A stretch of 64,000 nt of DNA from NCBI GenBank assembly GCA_033238685.1, contig BRZM01000010.1, positions 3,885,405 through 3,949,404 on the forward strand, in the 5' to 3' direction. A model generated the notes under the pieces. The model was not told the origin of the DNA and made no database searches. It saw only the letters and a list, made by a program, of their open reading frames with translations. The stretch's first letter is position 1. Every line of letters starts with the position of its first letter. This DNA comes from Lates japonicus (lineage: Eukaryota). This document shows, one piece after another, positions 34,548 to 47,372 of this stretch. The position numbers and the translations under genes are program-made.

Positions 34548-35463
34548 TTAGTGGCATGAATGAGTAACATTTACCCCTCTGAACTACTCCTGCTGTCGTT
34601 GAGTAAAGCTGTAGGGTCTGTGAATCGGGACAACAGCGTACATGATCAGCAGGGTTTCCTGGGAAATTAAGAGGGTTAAATCAAAAGTAAACTACTCCTG
34701 ATGACAAAGGAGGACATTTCAGGAGGTTAGGAGTCACCCTTGTAGCACTACCAAGAGGCATATGTCTAAACTTTTCCTTATTTTCATGCTTTGAAATTCT
34801 CATCAGCCTTTCTTTAGTTGATATTTATAAGCATCAAGTGTGGCTGTATAATTTCCTCCCAGTATGAAAATAATCCCCATTCATGTAAAAAAGTAAAACT
34901 TTAACTACAACTGCCTAAGCTGCCATCAAAAGACGTTAAAAAATAAGAAATCAAATGATAATTCAATTACTTTGCATATTATACTTGAATATATATTATG
35001 TCAGAGGCTTGCAATTAACTCAAACATACACCAGTACAACAGTATACTGTATGCACGATTCTAGAACTGGCAACAAGATTTAGCTCATTTGTTAAGTATA
35101 TATTAGTCAATAACAAAAGAGACATTACTTCCTTCACTCAGAACTAAATGTAACAGTTGCAGATGAACCTTTCAGTCAGAAAGTCGCCACCTGTTCATTT
35201 GCTTAGTGATTCCAGTAGATGAGGTGTGGTGCTGCTGTTATCAGGTGACTTTCTCATACAAGAGTTTTGTTTTACGACACATGAAATTTAGTATTGCTCT
35301 GTAAACATACTGAGCTGAAGCTGAGGTTAAATATTAGCCTGATCAAAAGGTATCTGAACAATAAGGAACCTACATACTGCTAGACACTGCATTCAGAGTT
35401 AAATGAGCTCTGGTTTAGCTTCACCTTGTGAAGTGATGAAATCCATAGATTACTGATATATCC

Positions 35464-35549
35464 ACACACACACACACACAACTAAAACAAAGGCAGGGCG
35501 CGTAGATGAAGTTCTGAGCTACATTTCAACACACACACACACACACACA
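35464..35549. repeat. Two (CA)n microsatellites (35464-35481 and 35530-35549)
   Basis: direct. Confidence 0.85.
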
Positions 35550-38439
35550 AACTTTCAAGGCAAACGATTCATTTTCAAAAAATTCAAGGCTGTTTTACCC
35601 CAAATTCTACAGACTTTCAAGAGGTTTCACACACAGTGGGACATGTTTTTAGTCTAAATTGGCACCACGTCTTTGTGACGACAGTAAGCCACATAGTTAA
35701 AGTCAAGGAAACCACTGTTAAATTCCACCTGACTCACAGAGAAGGGAGCGGTAACCACTTTTGCTTTGATAGTGTATTAAGGACTTATGTTTGGACTTAG
35801 GACAAAGGTAAAAATTCTTTTTCTAAGAAGTGATGTAGGCTTCCTGTTTAGAGTTGAATGAGTTTGGGGTTTAGAGGCGGGTGACACAAAAAAAAATTTT
35901 TTTTTTAAATTGCTGAATTTTTATCTCTCTCTCACTGAAATTTTGGGTAAGTCTATTGGTGCTTTCATACAGTATTAAAGTAGGGCATGGGTGGTTTTGT
36001 TTCTGGGGATTAGGTTGGAAAATATGATAGTGAGGCCAACAAAAACAAATGTTTTCCAGAGGTGAAGATGACGTCTTTCAAATGTCATTTTGTCTGACCA
36101 ACAGTCCAAAACCCAAAGATTCTGAGGTTACTGTGACGTCTGCCAAAGAAAATTATAAAGTCTTCAAATATAAGAAGCAGGAACCTGCACATTCTTTGGC
36201 ATTTTTCCTGATTAATTTTCTGTCAATCGTGCAACTCAATATTCTGTTTCCAACAGAAAAAAAATGAGTGACTGATCTCAATTAGTAAAGCACCAACGAT
36301 ACCAAACTTATTTATTTTCACTGGGGACTTCCAGGCTGAAAATATGGACTCTTGTAGTTCTGTGCAGCTGACCAGTCCTACTCTCAGTATCCAAATAACA
36401 GGGCATGTTAATATTATTCTAACAGACCCAAGGGAGGATGTGAGTTCTCAGAGAAGCCCAGAGCCTTGTGTGATTTTGGAAATGGGAAGGGAACCCCCGT
36501 ACAGGAAAACATGAAAACAGCAGTGGCATCAACAGTTACCCCCCCAGCTGACAGGGGGCTGAACATTCATCACTCACTCCATAGCGTCTGTGTGCAGGGC
36601 TGTCGTCTGTCTGATGTTTGACACTGTGGGCTGGGTTCAGTTTGGTTGGGCTGGTGTCTCGACCTTCACCTTCGCCCCTCGCGATTTTTACTGAGGCGAC
36701 AGAAAACACACCTCAGTCAAGCTGAGCAGGGTTATATTTTGTACCAAGTCTTACCTGGTTGGAGTGTATGTGGGAGTGCAGGAGTCAGTGACAAGAGGTC
36801 AAAAACAAGAGGTGTGGGTCTCCAAGAAAATCCCAGGACAACTAGCCACTTTGAGACTACAACCTGAGCCAAATGCCTGTTTAAATGCAATGTCTGATGC
36901 TGTTAAAAACTAAGCTGAGTAAAGTGACAGAATACAGGAGAGATCCACATTTGAGAGAAACATATCTATACCTGGGACTAAACACAAAAGAAATAAAACC
37001 ATTAACATTCATATCAATAAAAGAGTAGGCCCTAATTGGTCCTCATATGTTTTTGTTTGTGCAGCTCTTGTGTAACATGGATGTAGGAGCTCAGAGAGGA
37101 GTATGTGCAGCCTTTTGTGAGAGTAATGCCAGCTGAACCACAAATCTGGGTGTGTAAATAACTCAAGATCTCAAACGGACGCACTGTCTGAACTTATCAA
37201 ATACATTTTCATGTTTAGAGAAACTGAAAACAAATCTTTGTCAAGGTGTCAGATTTACTAATCAACTGCAGTGGCTGGACAGATGTGACTAACTGAGCAA
37301 GATTATTAAATTCCACAGGAAAATTTCATGGAAGAGTTTTGCCGATCTGTACTTTAAAATCTAAATGTGGTCATCTGATTTTTTTTTTTTTGATAGTCCC
37401 TAACCATGCAAGAATATATTTTGGTGTAACATTATATAGATTAGGAATTACTGACTCATAATTTATAAATAAAAACTACATGTAGGATACACCAATAAGA
37501 TAAATATGTCATCAGTAAGTTTTGATTATTACTGACCTAATAAAAATAATACTACAGTAAGACTTGAAGATTTTGTAAGAGGAAGGCCTACAATTATATA
37601 AATAAAACTGTCTTGTAAATAATTACTTAATGGAAACTAGACCCAGATAAGTGGCAACTGATGAGTAGATAAATCTAATTTCTGCAATAAGTTTGTCAGG
37701 GATAGCAGTCATAATAAATAAGTTGCAATTATACTTCATAACTCCACAAAGGGCCTCATCCATGCACAGTATACTGTCACATTAGGCTCACTTGCAGTTC
37801 ATAGACATATGTTTTCCAACAGCCCACAGCTACATACAGGCTATAACTAATATCACCATCTACAGCAGCCAGGGATAAATAATCCAGACCTTTGTGAATT
37901 AAATTTAGGATCCTTTACGGCCTTCTGGGGGCATTATAGACTTTAAGACCTGCAGATACCCTGGTTCTGTTCGTGCAATCCTCCAGTGATGTGTTTCTGA
38001 ATTTCTTAGTGTTTCCCCCGTAATGTAAACACTACTTTAATTCATTAACTTATAATGAGGAGACTAAATCATGCTAAAGGGTGTACCTGCGGCCTAAGAG
38101 TGAATGTGAAAGCATGGGTTGATTTGGATACACATAAACAGCCATCATACTCTTTCAGATAGAGAAATGTTTAATCATTAAGATGTGTATGTTGTAACGT
38201 ATTTGTAACAAAACTGAAGCCACTTTGCAGTCCAAAGCTTCCAAAAACAGAAAAATCACTCTTCATCATGGGAGGAAAAAAAAAACACGGGAAAAACTAC
38301 TCCACATAAAAAACAAACTGACTGAGCAGAATGAGCCAGAAAAGCAAAGTCTGGAGATTATGAAAAATTACCTAAACCATCCACAACACACCCGCCTGGA
38401 CCCCGACAGCGCCACCACCAGGCTTAAGTGTGACACACT

Positions 38440-38900
38440 GGGCCTGTGCTAGCCTCGGGGGCACAAAGCCGGCTGGAATGGCTAACGTTAGCCGACCATC
38501 AATTGAAAAGCATAAAAAAAATACACATCAATCAGACCAGTTCCTCCTCTGCTTGCAAAAACCAAAACCTGCAAAATTCTGACAAATGTGTAGTCGATAA
38601 TTTGCAATCGATTATGGATCAGGATGAAGCTGCGACTATCAAACCAAAAGGATCCTGGTAGCTAGTTGGCTAGCTAGTGGGCTGGCAAAAACAAATCAGT
38701 CCCATCAATCAAAAGTCTTCACAATAAATACTACAAAAATAAAGCTAAAAAAGGGGGATAAAACTGCAGCTAAGAGGCATCCAAAGCGTCGTGTTTTCTA
38801 AAAACCACAAGCAGCGTTCGTGTGTTTGAGGGGGACGAGCGTCTCCGAGTTAGCTAAGCTAGCTACCTCGCTAGCCAGCACATTACGATCTGTCCACTCG
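38440..38900. repeat. Cluster of palindromic GCTAGC / GCTAAC / ATCGAT words in hnrnpc intron 1, including the perfect 14-bp palindrome ggctaacgttagcc (38483-38496)
   Basis: Direct reading shows ggctaacgttagcc, tagctagttggctagctagtgggctggc, ttagctaagctagctacctcgctagccagc and tcgataatttgcaatcgattat. Confidence 0.5.
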
Positions 38901-38992
38901 CAAAATAGCGGAAAAAAACATCGTTGAAAAAAATCCAAAAAGAAAAGAAAAAGGAAGGAAAAATGAAAAATGTCTGGGAACAAAATACTCAC

Positions 38993-39085
38993 CACGACCT
39001 TTACGAGTAAAATGCCTTGCTTTCGGTAAAATCTGTCAAATGGTTACTTAGGTCGTCCTTTCGGAGCACCAGCGGTTCGCCCCCC
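38993..39085 (-). other. hnrnpc: hnrnpc 5'UTR first exon (minus), donor gtcgtg|gtgagtat; upstream end approximate
   Basis: Consensus donor on the minus strand at + 38991-38992, inside a CpG-containing block. About 4.5 kb first intron, as in vertebrate HNRNPC. Confidence 0.4.
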
Positions 39086-39215
39086 TGAGCAGCGAGCTAG
39101 CTTTCTTCTAGCCACCGAGCTAACGCAGCGCTAACTGGCAATGGCGCAGTAGTGGACAGAGGTGCTGGATTTGTGTCGCAGAACAGTCCGTGGGAGCGGC
39201 GTCGGTCAACCGAGG
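39040..39215. promoter_or_regulatory. CpG-rich putative bidirectional promoter: hnrnpc (minus) and an unidentified + strand transcript whose non-coding first exon ends at the donor accgag|gtatgtc (39214/39215)
   Basis: CpG-dense region (gcgaaccgctgg, cagcgagctagc, gcgcagtagtgg, gcggcgtcggtcaaccgag) flanked by outward-facing consensus GT donors on both strands. Confidence 0.4.
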
Positions 39216-42200
39216 TATGTCATAAATGGAACACTGCTAACACCGGTGTGACCTGTTACACAAAACGCACCCACCTGTTGTCTTTGAAAATCAGTCTGTC
39301 CTGCCTCCAAAACCTCTAAAGATTCAGGCTTTGATTTGTTTTAGCTTTGTTTTTAAGTTAGTGCTGGAAAGTAACTAAGTACATCTACTCAAGTACTGCT
39401 CGTAAGTACATATTTAAGGTACTTGTACCTGAATATTTTATTTTCATGCCATCTTATACTTCTACTCCACAACAAATGAGAGGGAAATATTGCACTTTTT
39501 ACTCCACTACATTTATTTCACAGCTTTAGTTACTGTACAAATTAAGAATTTTATATACAAAACATAGGAAGAGCTTATAAAATACGATGCTTTGTTATAG
39601 ATTAAACTACGCAACAGGATGTAGAAGTAAAGCTGCAACAATTATTTGATTCAAGGATTTGTAAATTGACTATATTGACGGTCATTTGAGTAATTTTCAG
39701 GCAAAAATGCCAAACATTTCATGGCTCCACTTCCTTTGAGGATTTGCTGCTTTTCCTTTTAATTATTTTAACACTCATAATTAATTAATAATTCATTTTT
39801 AAATTGTAATCATTTTGACACTTAGTATTTCATAGTTTTAGTTCTATTGGCAAGGAAAAAAATCAGTAATAAAAGTGATGAACCCTTTTTTAACAGCTGA
39901 CATACCTTACTACTAATTGGCAATCAAACAAATATGAGTCACCTGTGTGGCTTGTGCTTAATTGTAACTTCATATGGGTTTTTTTTTGTTTTTTTGTTTT
40001 TTTTGTTGCTGTTTTATCTTCTTGTGTGTGTGTGAGAGAGAGGTATATGCACTAATTTCCCCACCACCTGTACAACCTGAATTTCTAGAAGCTGTGTGAA
40101 TATTTAAGAAAGTAAACAGACACACCAGAGAACACACAGGAAACTGGATTATAAAAAAGCAACAAAATCCTGCTAACATGGATTAATTTAGTGTGCTTGA
40201 CTGGGGTGACAATGGTAATTCAGTGGGTTACTAATCTGTTTAACTTCAAAAGCATGTGATCCTTAAAACACATGTAAATAATATCGTATCTGAATATTGT
40301 CCTTTGAGAAGAGTGAAGGTAAAGTAGAAGACTACTGCTGTATGACCACATTCAGCCTGGAGAGGGCAGTGTTGTTATAAAACTAACTAAACTCTGACAC
40401 TGGGATTAATGCAAAACAGTAAAATATGGCCGAGGTTAACATGTTATCATGTGTACTATGCATGCACCCGTATGCCTTTGTCCTCTCCAGCCTCCATGAG
40501 CTTTAGTCAAGGGTTGACCAGTTGTACATGGATACGTAAAAGTCTAATATAAGTGTGTTAGAGAAATATGTGTGGGTTTGGCTACAGATGAACTGATTCC
40601 CCACAGAGGCTCTTAAACTGGAGTTTCCAAAGACAAAAGTCTGTTGAAAGTTCTCTTAAATGTAATTCCAGTGTGGTTGTCTCATGGTAAACATCTCATG
40701 TTTCTGAATGCAGGCAGGCAATCCACAGAGGTGGGAAACTCACTGAGGACATCTAATGTACAGGTACAACACACTGTCTTCATGGCAGAGATTTTGATTT
40801 GTACTAGGAGGAAAAGCACAGGTGTAACCAAGTGATGGAAATGAACCTGCATTCAATCAGTTGTTATCTATGTTGTTAGTACACCTGTGCATTTGCTGTT
40901 ATGACAGCTAGTGGTTCTTAGTCTTCTTGACTTATGACCTGTTCAAACGTAGAAATATGGGCTCATGACCTCTTGTTACAGGTTGTATATGTCTTTGAGT
41001 TGTGAGCAGTTTAGCAAAGAATGGTGTTCCCCTCTCAGACTGTTTCATTTAACTGGTTCTTAGAAGCCTGATGAAGTAAAACTATTCAAAAGGGCTGCAG
41101 CAACAACAATCTATTGATCTATCTGCCTGTTATGTTCTTGATTAATCGTTAAAAAAAATGTCAAAAAAGCTTCAAAATCTTCAAAATGCTTGTTTTGCAT
41201 AACCAACACTCCAAAGAATGGATGAAAAGAAAACCAGCAAATCACGACGGTTGAACCAGCAAATGTCATTAAATAACAATCACACAAAAAAGCAAAGATT
41301 ACAAAAACTTGTCTAACAGAAATGTATTATTTGTCTTGTTCTCTATCTTTTAAATATCATCACGACCTCTCAGCTTTACATTGCTGTGGCTGGGAACCGC
41401 TGTGTTATGATGAAGTCAGAATGTCTGCAAATTTATATCAGACAAAGCCTTTACTTAAAAAACAAAAAAAAAGCTTTATGTTAAAAACAATGGATGGAGC
41501 ACATGTATGTAATCACCATTTTACTCTCATTTGCATAATTGTTTCCAGTGACATGTCTGGAGTTGTGTTTATTTGAGTTTTATCTCTCACTCTATCAAAG
41601 GTCTTTTTTTCACCGCAGACGTTTCGACATGTCACAGTAGGAAAATCGCAGGTGTAACTAATTAAATTAATGACGGATGAACTACTTTTAGCTGCTTCAC
41701 TTTCAGGGTCCTGGTTTCGTTCATGCTGCATCATTGTCACACTGTCAGGTCTTACGGGGACACTTGAACAGAGCCATTGTTAATGTTATTAGTAACAACT
41801 GTGCTGTTCCTGCTACGTCAAAATGTCTGTGGTGAAAAAAGCCTTTTAATATTTCTGAATGACTTTGCTGTACCTGGGGAGGGAGAGAGATGGAGAGACA
41901 GGATGGCAAATCAAAGGACCCACCAGCTGTTCTTGTATCTAGTTACAGATGAAACCTCTATAATGTCCCAATTTTTCAATGGAGAATATGTTCTTTTGTG
42001 AATTGTTTTACCATCTGGTTTTGTTTTGAGCACCGCCCAGAGTGTGACTTGTTTACAGCTCTTGCATCATCTCGAATCAGAAATATAACTCCGACTCACA
42101 GTTTAACTGTACCGGGATGCACAGATGAAAGGTTTCTCTGCCTGTTTTCGCCTCCTTGTGTATTTCTGTCAATCTCGGCATGCCAGAGGTTTCCGACAAG

Positions 42201-44199
42201 CTGTCATACAGTATGTCCAAGTTTTGACGATTTAAATGAAGAATAGGATTATGTCATGGATGTCATTAAATACCTTATAAATTGTACGGAGATTACAATA
42301 CAAAGATACCCTAGAAATATGGGCACATAGACCAAAAACCAGAAATGGTCAGTTAAAGGCCTACTGGCACCAGCGACATTGAGTACTAAATTATAGGATA
42401 CCACTGGAAATGAAAAACACAAAACCTAAAGAGAACCGTGAACCCACTTATTAAGTAATAAAGACATCGTCAGTTATATAGGAACATTATCAAACCATAG
42501 GGGAGAAGCAGCTACAAAAACAGTTTATTATATACATATGTAGGACACATTTTTTTTTGTTGCAAACATGTAGCATTTGGGGTCTGCGGTTTTCAGGTTT
42601 AGGCACACTTTAACTTGTATAGGAAGAGACCAAAAAGCAACCACCAAACCTGTGATTAATGTCTTACTCACTTCTTGAACAAAGCAATGTGCACACGCCA
42701 TACATGACCTCTGTTTATTTCAGCATGACAACAGTAGGAAAATTAATGTGACAACATTAAAAGGTTTCAAGAAGGGTATAACCACTGCATCTGATATCAT
42801 TGAAGATTAAGAACTTATTATGGAGTTTCTCAAAACAGAGTGATGATGAAATGCAGATCAGTCAACATTCATCATTGTGCTTCCCTTTAAATGACACCTT
42901 AAGGTAGGATGAAATTAGATAGAACAGAAATATATAATAATAATAGGATCTTTTAATAAAGTCACTTGATACTATACCACACCACTCACAGTCTGCAGAT
43001 CAAACACAGAACATATGAATGATCATTAACTCATCAATTAAACATCAGCACATTAAAATCCTTCTGAATATTAGAAACTCCATATGGTAAATTTAATATG
43101 TCCATGGGATGTGTCATTACAGAAAAACTAAAGCAAGTTAACGAAACAATAATGTTGCAGCAAATGACCTTAATTAAGTAAAACTTTTCAGGTCTGAATG
43201 ATAAATTTCGAGGACAGAGGACCCTCTCATAGCAGTGGTTCAGTGTTGCAATTTTTAGCAAGCATTGATAAATCAAATTATATTATTGAGAGATTATATG
43301 GAGTAAACCTGAGCTTTTTAGTCTTGGGGCCCTGAGCCCTGGGCAGCGTAACCAGCCTTGAACAGAAATATGAAGCAGCACAAAATGATGTACAGTAAGA
43401 AAATCAAAACAGTACTTCAGTGCAGTACTTTAGTAAAAGTGCCCATTATTACACACTGCAGACTCTCACAATGAGTCCCGACTGAATATTACATTACAGA
43501 GCAGAGAGGTAACGTGTACATTTAATCATTGCCTTGTTTTTCCATCATCACTTTAACGGAACTGATGCATTTTTATCCTGAATTTGTTACAGTGCTGCTC
43601 ATCGCTCAACAATCATTTTACTCAGTGACGTCATCATTGTGGGTGTGTTGAAGCAAAGAGGGACAGGCTGGCATGTATTCAGAGAAAGTGGGACAAAGAA
43701 CAGCTAGAAGAAGTTGCCATATATATGATGGATGCCACTGTTACGATTGGCTGATTGGATCATCAAATGAATAAGCAGGCACAGTCTTGGTTGTTTTGAT
43801 ATTGAGTGTATGTAGAGCCCATATTTTCGAGCTCTGTCCCATGTTACCACATACAGATGCAACATATTTATATCTCAGTGTCCTCTTTAACAGACCAGCT
43901 GTCCCACTAAACCTGAAAAAAACACTGAATGAAGTTTTGTTGTCTAAGAGTCTATAGTTTTAAATAAGATCAGTTTTCCATGTTATAGTATCAGCATTTC
44001 ACAAAAACATAGTTTGTATGAGTGAATATTTACAGGAAGTTGTGTCCCAGGACATTTGTTAAAAGTGGCCCAGTTTCACTGAACCCACCTCCAATAAAAA
44101 ACAACATATAGTTCTGTGGTTTACGTCAGGCTACAGACACTTAGGCCTACAGTGAGTGAACACTATAAACTGGCTGTGCCCATCTTCGGTTTAATAAAA

Positions 44200-44366
44200 A
44201 AAAAGAGTAGGCAAGGTGTCCGTGCATGCGCGTGCGCAGCAAAGCAGATGCAGCTGCGTGAGGCTCGCGGTGAGCGCGCTGTAGAGACAGTGGAAGCACA
44301 ATCCGCGTGCAGCCAGCGCGAGGCAAGATCTACCTAATGTTTAGAGCAATGACTGGACACAAACGG
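44200..44366 (+). promoter_or_regulatory. CpG island with candidate first exon (ATG 44338 MFRAMTGHKR, donor aaacg|gtaaga 44367) of an unidentified + strand gene
   Basis: gcgcgtgcgcagc...gctcgcggtgagcgcgctg...tccgcgtgcagccagcgcgagg, followed by a consensus donor. Confidence 0.3.
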
Positions 44367-45850
44367 TAAGAACGGAGTCTGAACTGTAACTTTACCGAAC
44401 TTTTGAAAACAGTTTTAACCTGCTGGAAACATGTGACCTTGTACTGACGATAAACACGCCACCATGTGATTGCATGTTTCAGATATGAACATTGTTGATA
44501 ATGATTTATTATTAATTGTTAGGATCAGCACTAACCATGAAATACTTTTTTTTTCTTGACAACACTTAACACTGCAAGAATTAGCACTTAAATCCGGGAC
44601 ATGGTTGTTATATGGTATACACTGTTGTCAGAGTTTATGATAATTGGGGAAACCTCCACATAATAAAGAAATTACTTTGACAAACTTCCACCTTTGTCAA
44701 GTAATGATATTATTTTACCCAAATTCTTGCCTCTGTATCTTTGGATTTCACAACAACTTGTTTTTATTTCAGCAATAAGGATTTGAGGCACCATAGACAT
44801 ACATATATCACTGCAGTGAACTCACCCAAATGGTTCCCCGCATATTTTTCCCCTTATTACTTATGGGACTCTTCCTTTCCACTCCTCTGCAGTCCACTGA
44901 TTTATGTAATGTAGCTGGAATGAAAAGTGCTGCGCAGGGGGTGGAAATCTGGCTTACTGCAAGTCAAACAGATGAGGAGGCTTGTTTTAATCATTAGTCT
45001 CATGGTATCACTGACATGTAGCATGTGCTGGGGAATCAGGGTTTATACTTGCAGGCATCGGCCAGTGCTCCCTTTGCACAGAGGTGTGTGCAACGAGGGT
45101 TGACTCGCAGTTAATTTTATTATTTATCCCATTTAATCTTATATATGTGGCTATTAGAGCAGCAATAAACAATATCTGTACTGTTCCGAAAAAGCATAAA
45201 ATTACCTTAATATGCCTTTGGGAGGTTGATCAGGTTGTTGATCAATACCAGTGACTCACCGATTATTTCACCAGATGCTCAGATTGTTTGTTCGAGTGCT
45301 TAGATGGAGCATGGCGCTACGAGCAAGAGACAGCAGCGAGCCAAGATTTGTTTCGCCCTAAAGTATTTGTTTGCCCTGGCAGTGTATGTTCGCCTCAATT
45401 TCACACCAGGGGAAGAAAATAACAAAAGCATTTCAATTTTGGTGGATTGTTTTCCTATCGCTGACTTTTCAATATGTAAACAACGGTTTCAAAATATGTC
45501 TTTGGGTTACAAGTGAAAGTACGAAGCCCATAGCTGGGTCCACTGATTCCACAAGAAGTTGTGAGACTCAACATCACTTACACAACTCAAACTCAGACGA
45601 GGATCATGTAGGTACTGTGTGTGGCAATAAATAACTAAAGAAGAAAAAACGGGTGAAATGAGGCTACGCTGCCATGGAAAGGACAATACTTTTGTCACCC
45701 TTGATAGTTAATTCTTCACCTTGGAAACAGGTGACAAAACAATCCTCACTCAAGGTCCACTTATTTTTTACTTTCAGTCATGTCACACAGTCTTCCTCAG
45801 GTCTTCACTTCTTGTCAGTGTCGGTTAAAAACTGACAGCTTGACAGTTTA

Positions 45851-45921
45851 TTCTTGGCCATGGAAACAGCAGCTGACAAAACAAACCGTACCTGTGATTT
45901 GGTCAAAAGCTTCAGCAAAGT
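45851..45921 (+). CDS. Candidate coding exon with ATG (METAADKTNRTCDLVKSFSK), donor aaag|gtgagtaagtg; product unknown
   Basis: Kozak-like gccATGG, strong gtgagt donor, preceded by acceptor-like cttgacag. No homology recognised. Confidence 0.25.
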
Positions 45922-46080
45922 GAGTAAGTGGACCTTGAGTTGAGATCGTCTCGCGTTGCCTGAGATTTTGTCCTCAGATGAAGGCTATATTTTTGAAAAT
46001 GATTGTTGCTTCATCAAGAAAGTTAATTCTTGACCTTAGTTTGACATAATAATGCTAAAACAGGGCCAGTTTTGTTTTGT

Positions 46081-46104
46081 TTTTTTTTGGGGGGGGGGGG
46101 GGGG
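46081..46104. repeat. poly-T then poly-G homopolymer run (T8 G16)
   Basis: direct; a possible assembly-error hotspot. Confidence 0.85.
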
Positions 46105-46384
46105 CTTTCGACCACTTCTCTTGGCCTTCATCAGCAAATTCAGTCTGATAAGTTGTAATAGGTTTACCTCTTTGCTGAGTGTCTCTGTGGGGTAATTAAA
46201 TCACTAAGTGCCCTCCTTATGTGCACCGAAAGAAAGTGTTGTCATTCTTGGCTGAGGTGAAAAAGGCAGCAGATCAATAACAAAGTGTAAAAAATTAATG
46301 AGAATACAAATGCTACCTCCTCAATTTTTGGCTTTATTTCTGTCAGTATAGGAATAATTAGATATTTTGTGAAATATAAAGAGT

Positions 46385-46600
46385 GGTACCAGCAGCCAGT
46401 TAGCTTAGCACAAAGACTGGAAACGGGGAAACAGCTAGTCTGGCTCTGTCTAAAGCTTTGCATAAAGGCAGCTGATGGAAACACCTGTTGATCCAAAGCT
46501 CCTTTTGCTGACTTTTTGGAAAATTGCTGGAGATTTGAGCAACATTTGGATGGAAACAACTCATTACTGCAGTTCCCTCTGGTGGTCAATAGAGGTCATT
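46385..46600. repeat. Dispersed fish interspersed repeat, copy B (gccagttagcttagcacaaagactggaaacggggaaacagctagtctggctctgtctaaagctttgcataaaggcag...)
   Basis: Homologous to copy A. The ORF 46242..46589(-) lying on it is an artifact. Confidence 0.5.
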
Positions 46601-47332
46601 TAAAGTCATAGCTTTGTTGCTAATGCCTCCTTAATACTTGTGTTTATATTACGTAGGGCAAGATGATCTAATATATTTAATTAAGGGTTCAAAGTCACTG
46701 AGAAACTCTGATCATATGGGACGTATTAGTGTTAGGCAAGAAACAAATTTGCGTTCTCTTACATAAATATTTGTTACCATGTCTTTTAAAAAAACAGCCT
46801 GGAGTCTGAATTTGTCACATCCGATCTCTTGCTAGTTTGAACTGTTGTTTTATGACAGCCGTGCCTGTGTTCATAGCACGCTGATGAAATGGTTCGTCAC
46901 TTGTTTTTCTCAGCCGCCTGGTCCCTACATACCTTTCACGGACATTAACAGTGATTGCCCTACAAGCAGAGCTCATTTTGGTTTGGTTCAGAAATGTTAT
47001 TCCTGGCCAGAGGTGCGTGCTCTTTTGCAACACCCAAGGGTGACACAGCTGGGTAATACGACCCACCGCAAGTATCGGAGGTAACTGTTTCGACATTGTT
47101 TCTGGTGTGTATTAACTGCAGGCCAATGTCTTTTTAAATCATGTTTACTTGGGAAATTAATACAACTCCCAGCACTTTTCTTTTTAGCACAGTCCAGTGA
47201 ATTAGTGGGATTATAAAAGTTCCAGTTAATACATGAAGGGCAGTTTATCTCTACATGATGATTATAAACTCCAGATTCTTGCTCGAGGTCATTCTCACAA
47301 TGCATGAATGGAAAACAAATGTATTAAAGAAA

Positions 47333-47372
47333 TGTGTGTGTGCGTGCATGTGTGTGCGTGTGTGTGTGTGTA
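47333..47372. repeat. Imperfect (GT)n / (GTGC) microsatellite
   Basis: direct. Confidence 0.8.

Noticed and set aside
46242-46589. 115-aa minus ORF
   Set aside because: Sits on copy B of the dispersed interspersed repeat.
46845-47084. 79-aa + ORF ending at the donor cggag|gtaact, with upstream acceptor tttttctcag|ccgcc (..PPGPYIPFTDINSDCPTSRAHFGLVQKCYSWPE..)
   Set aside because: It is exon-like (acceptor, donor, open frame). I could not recognise the protein, and a minus-strand ORF overlaps it. It is kept only as a lead inside the 44-46 kb finding.
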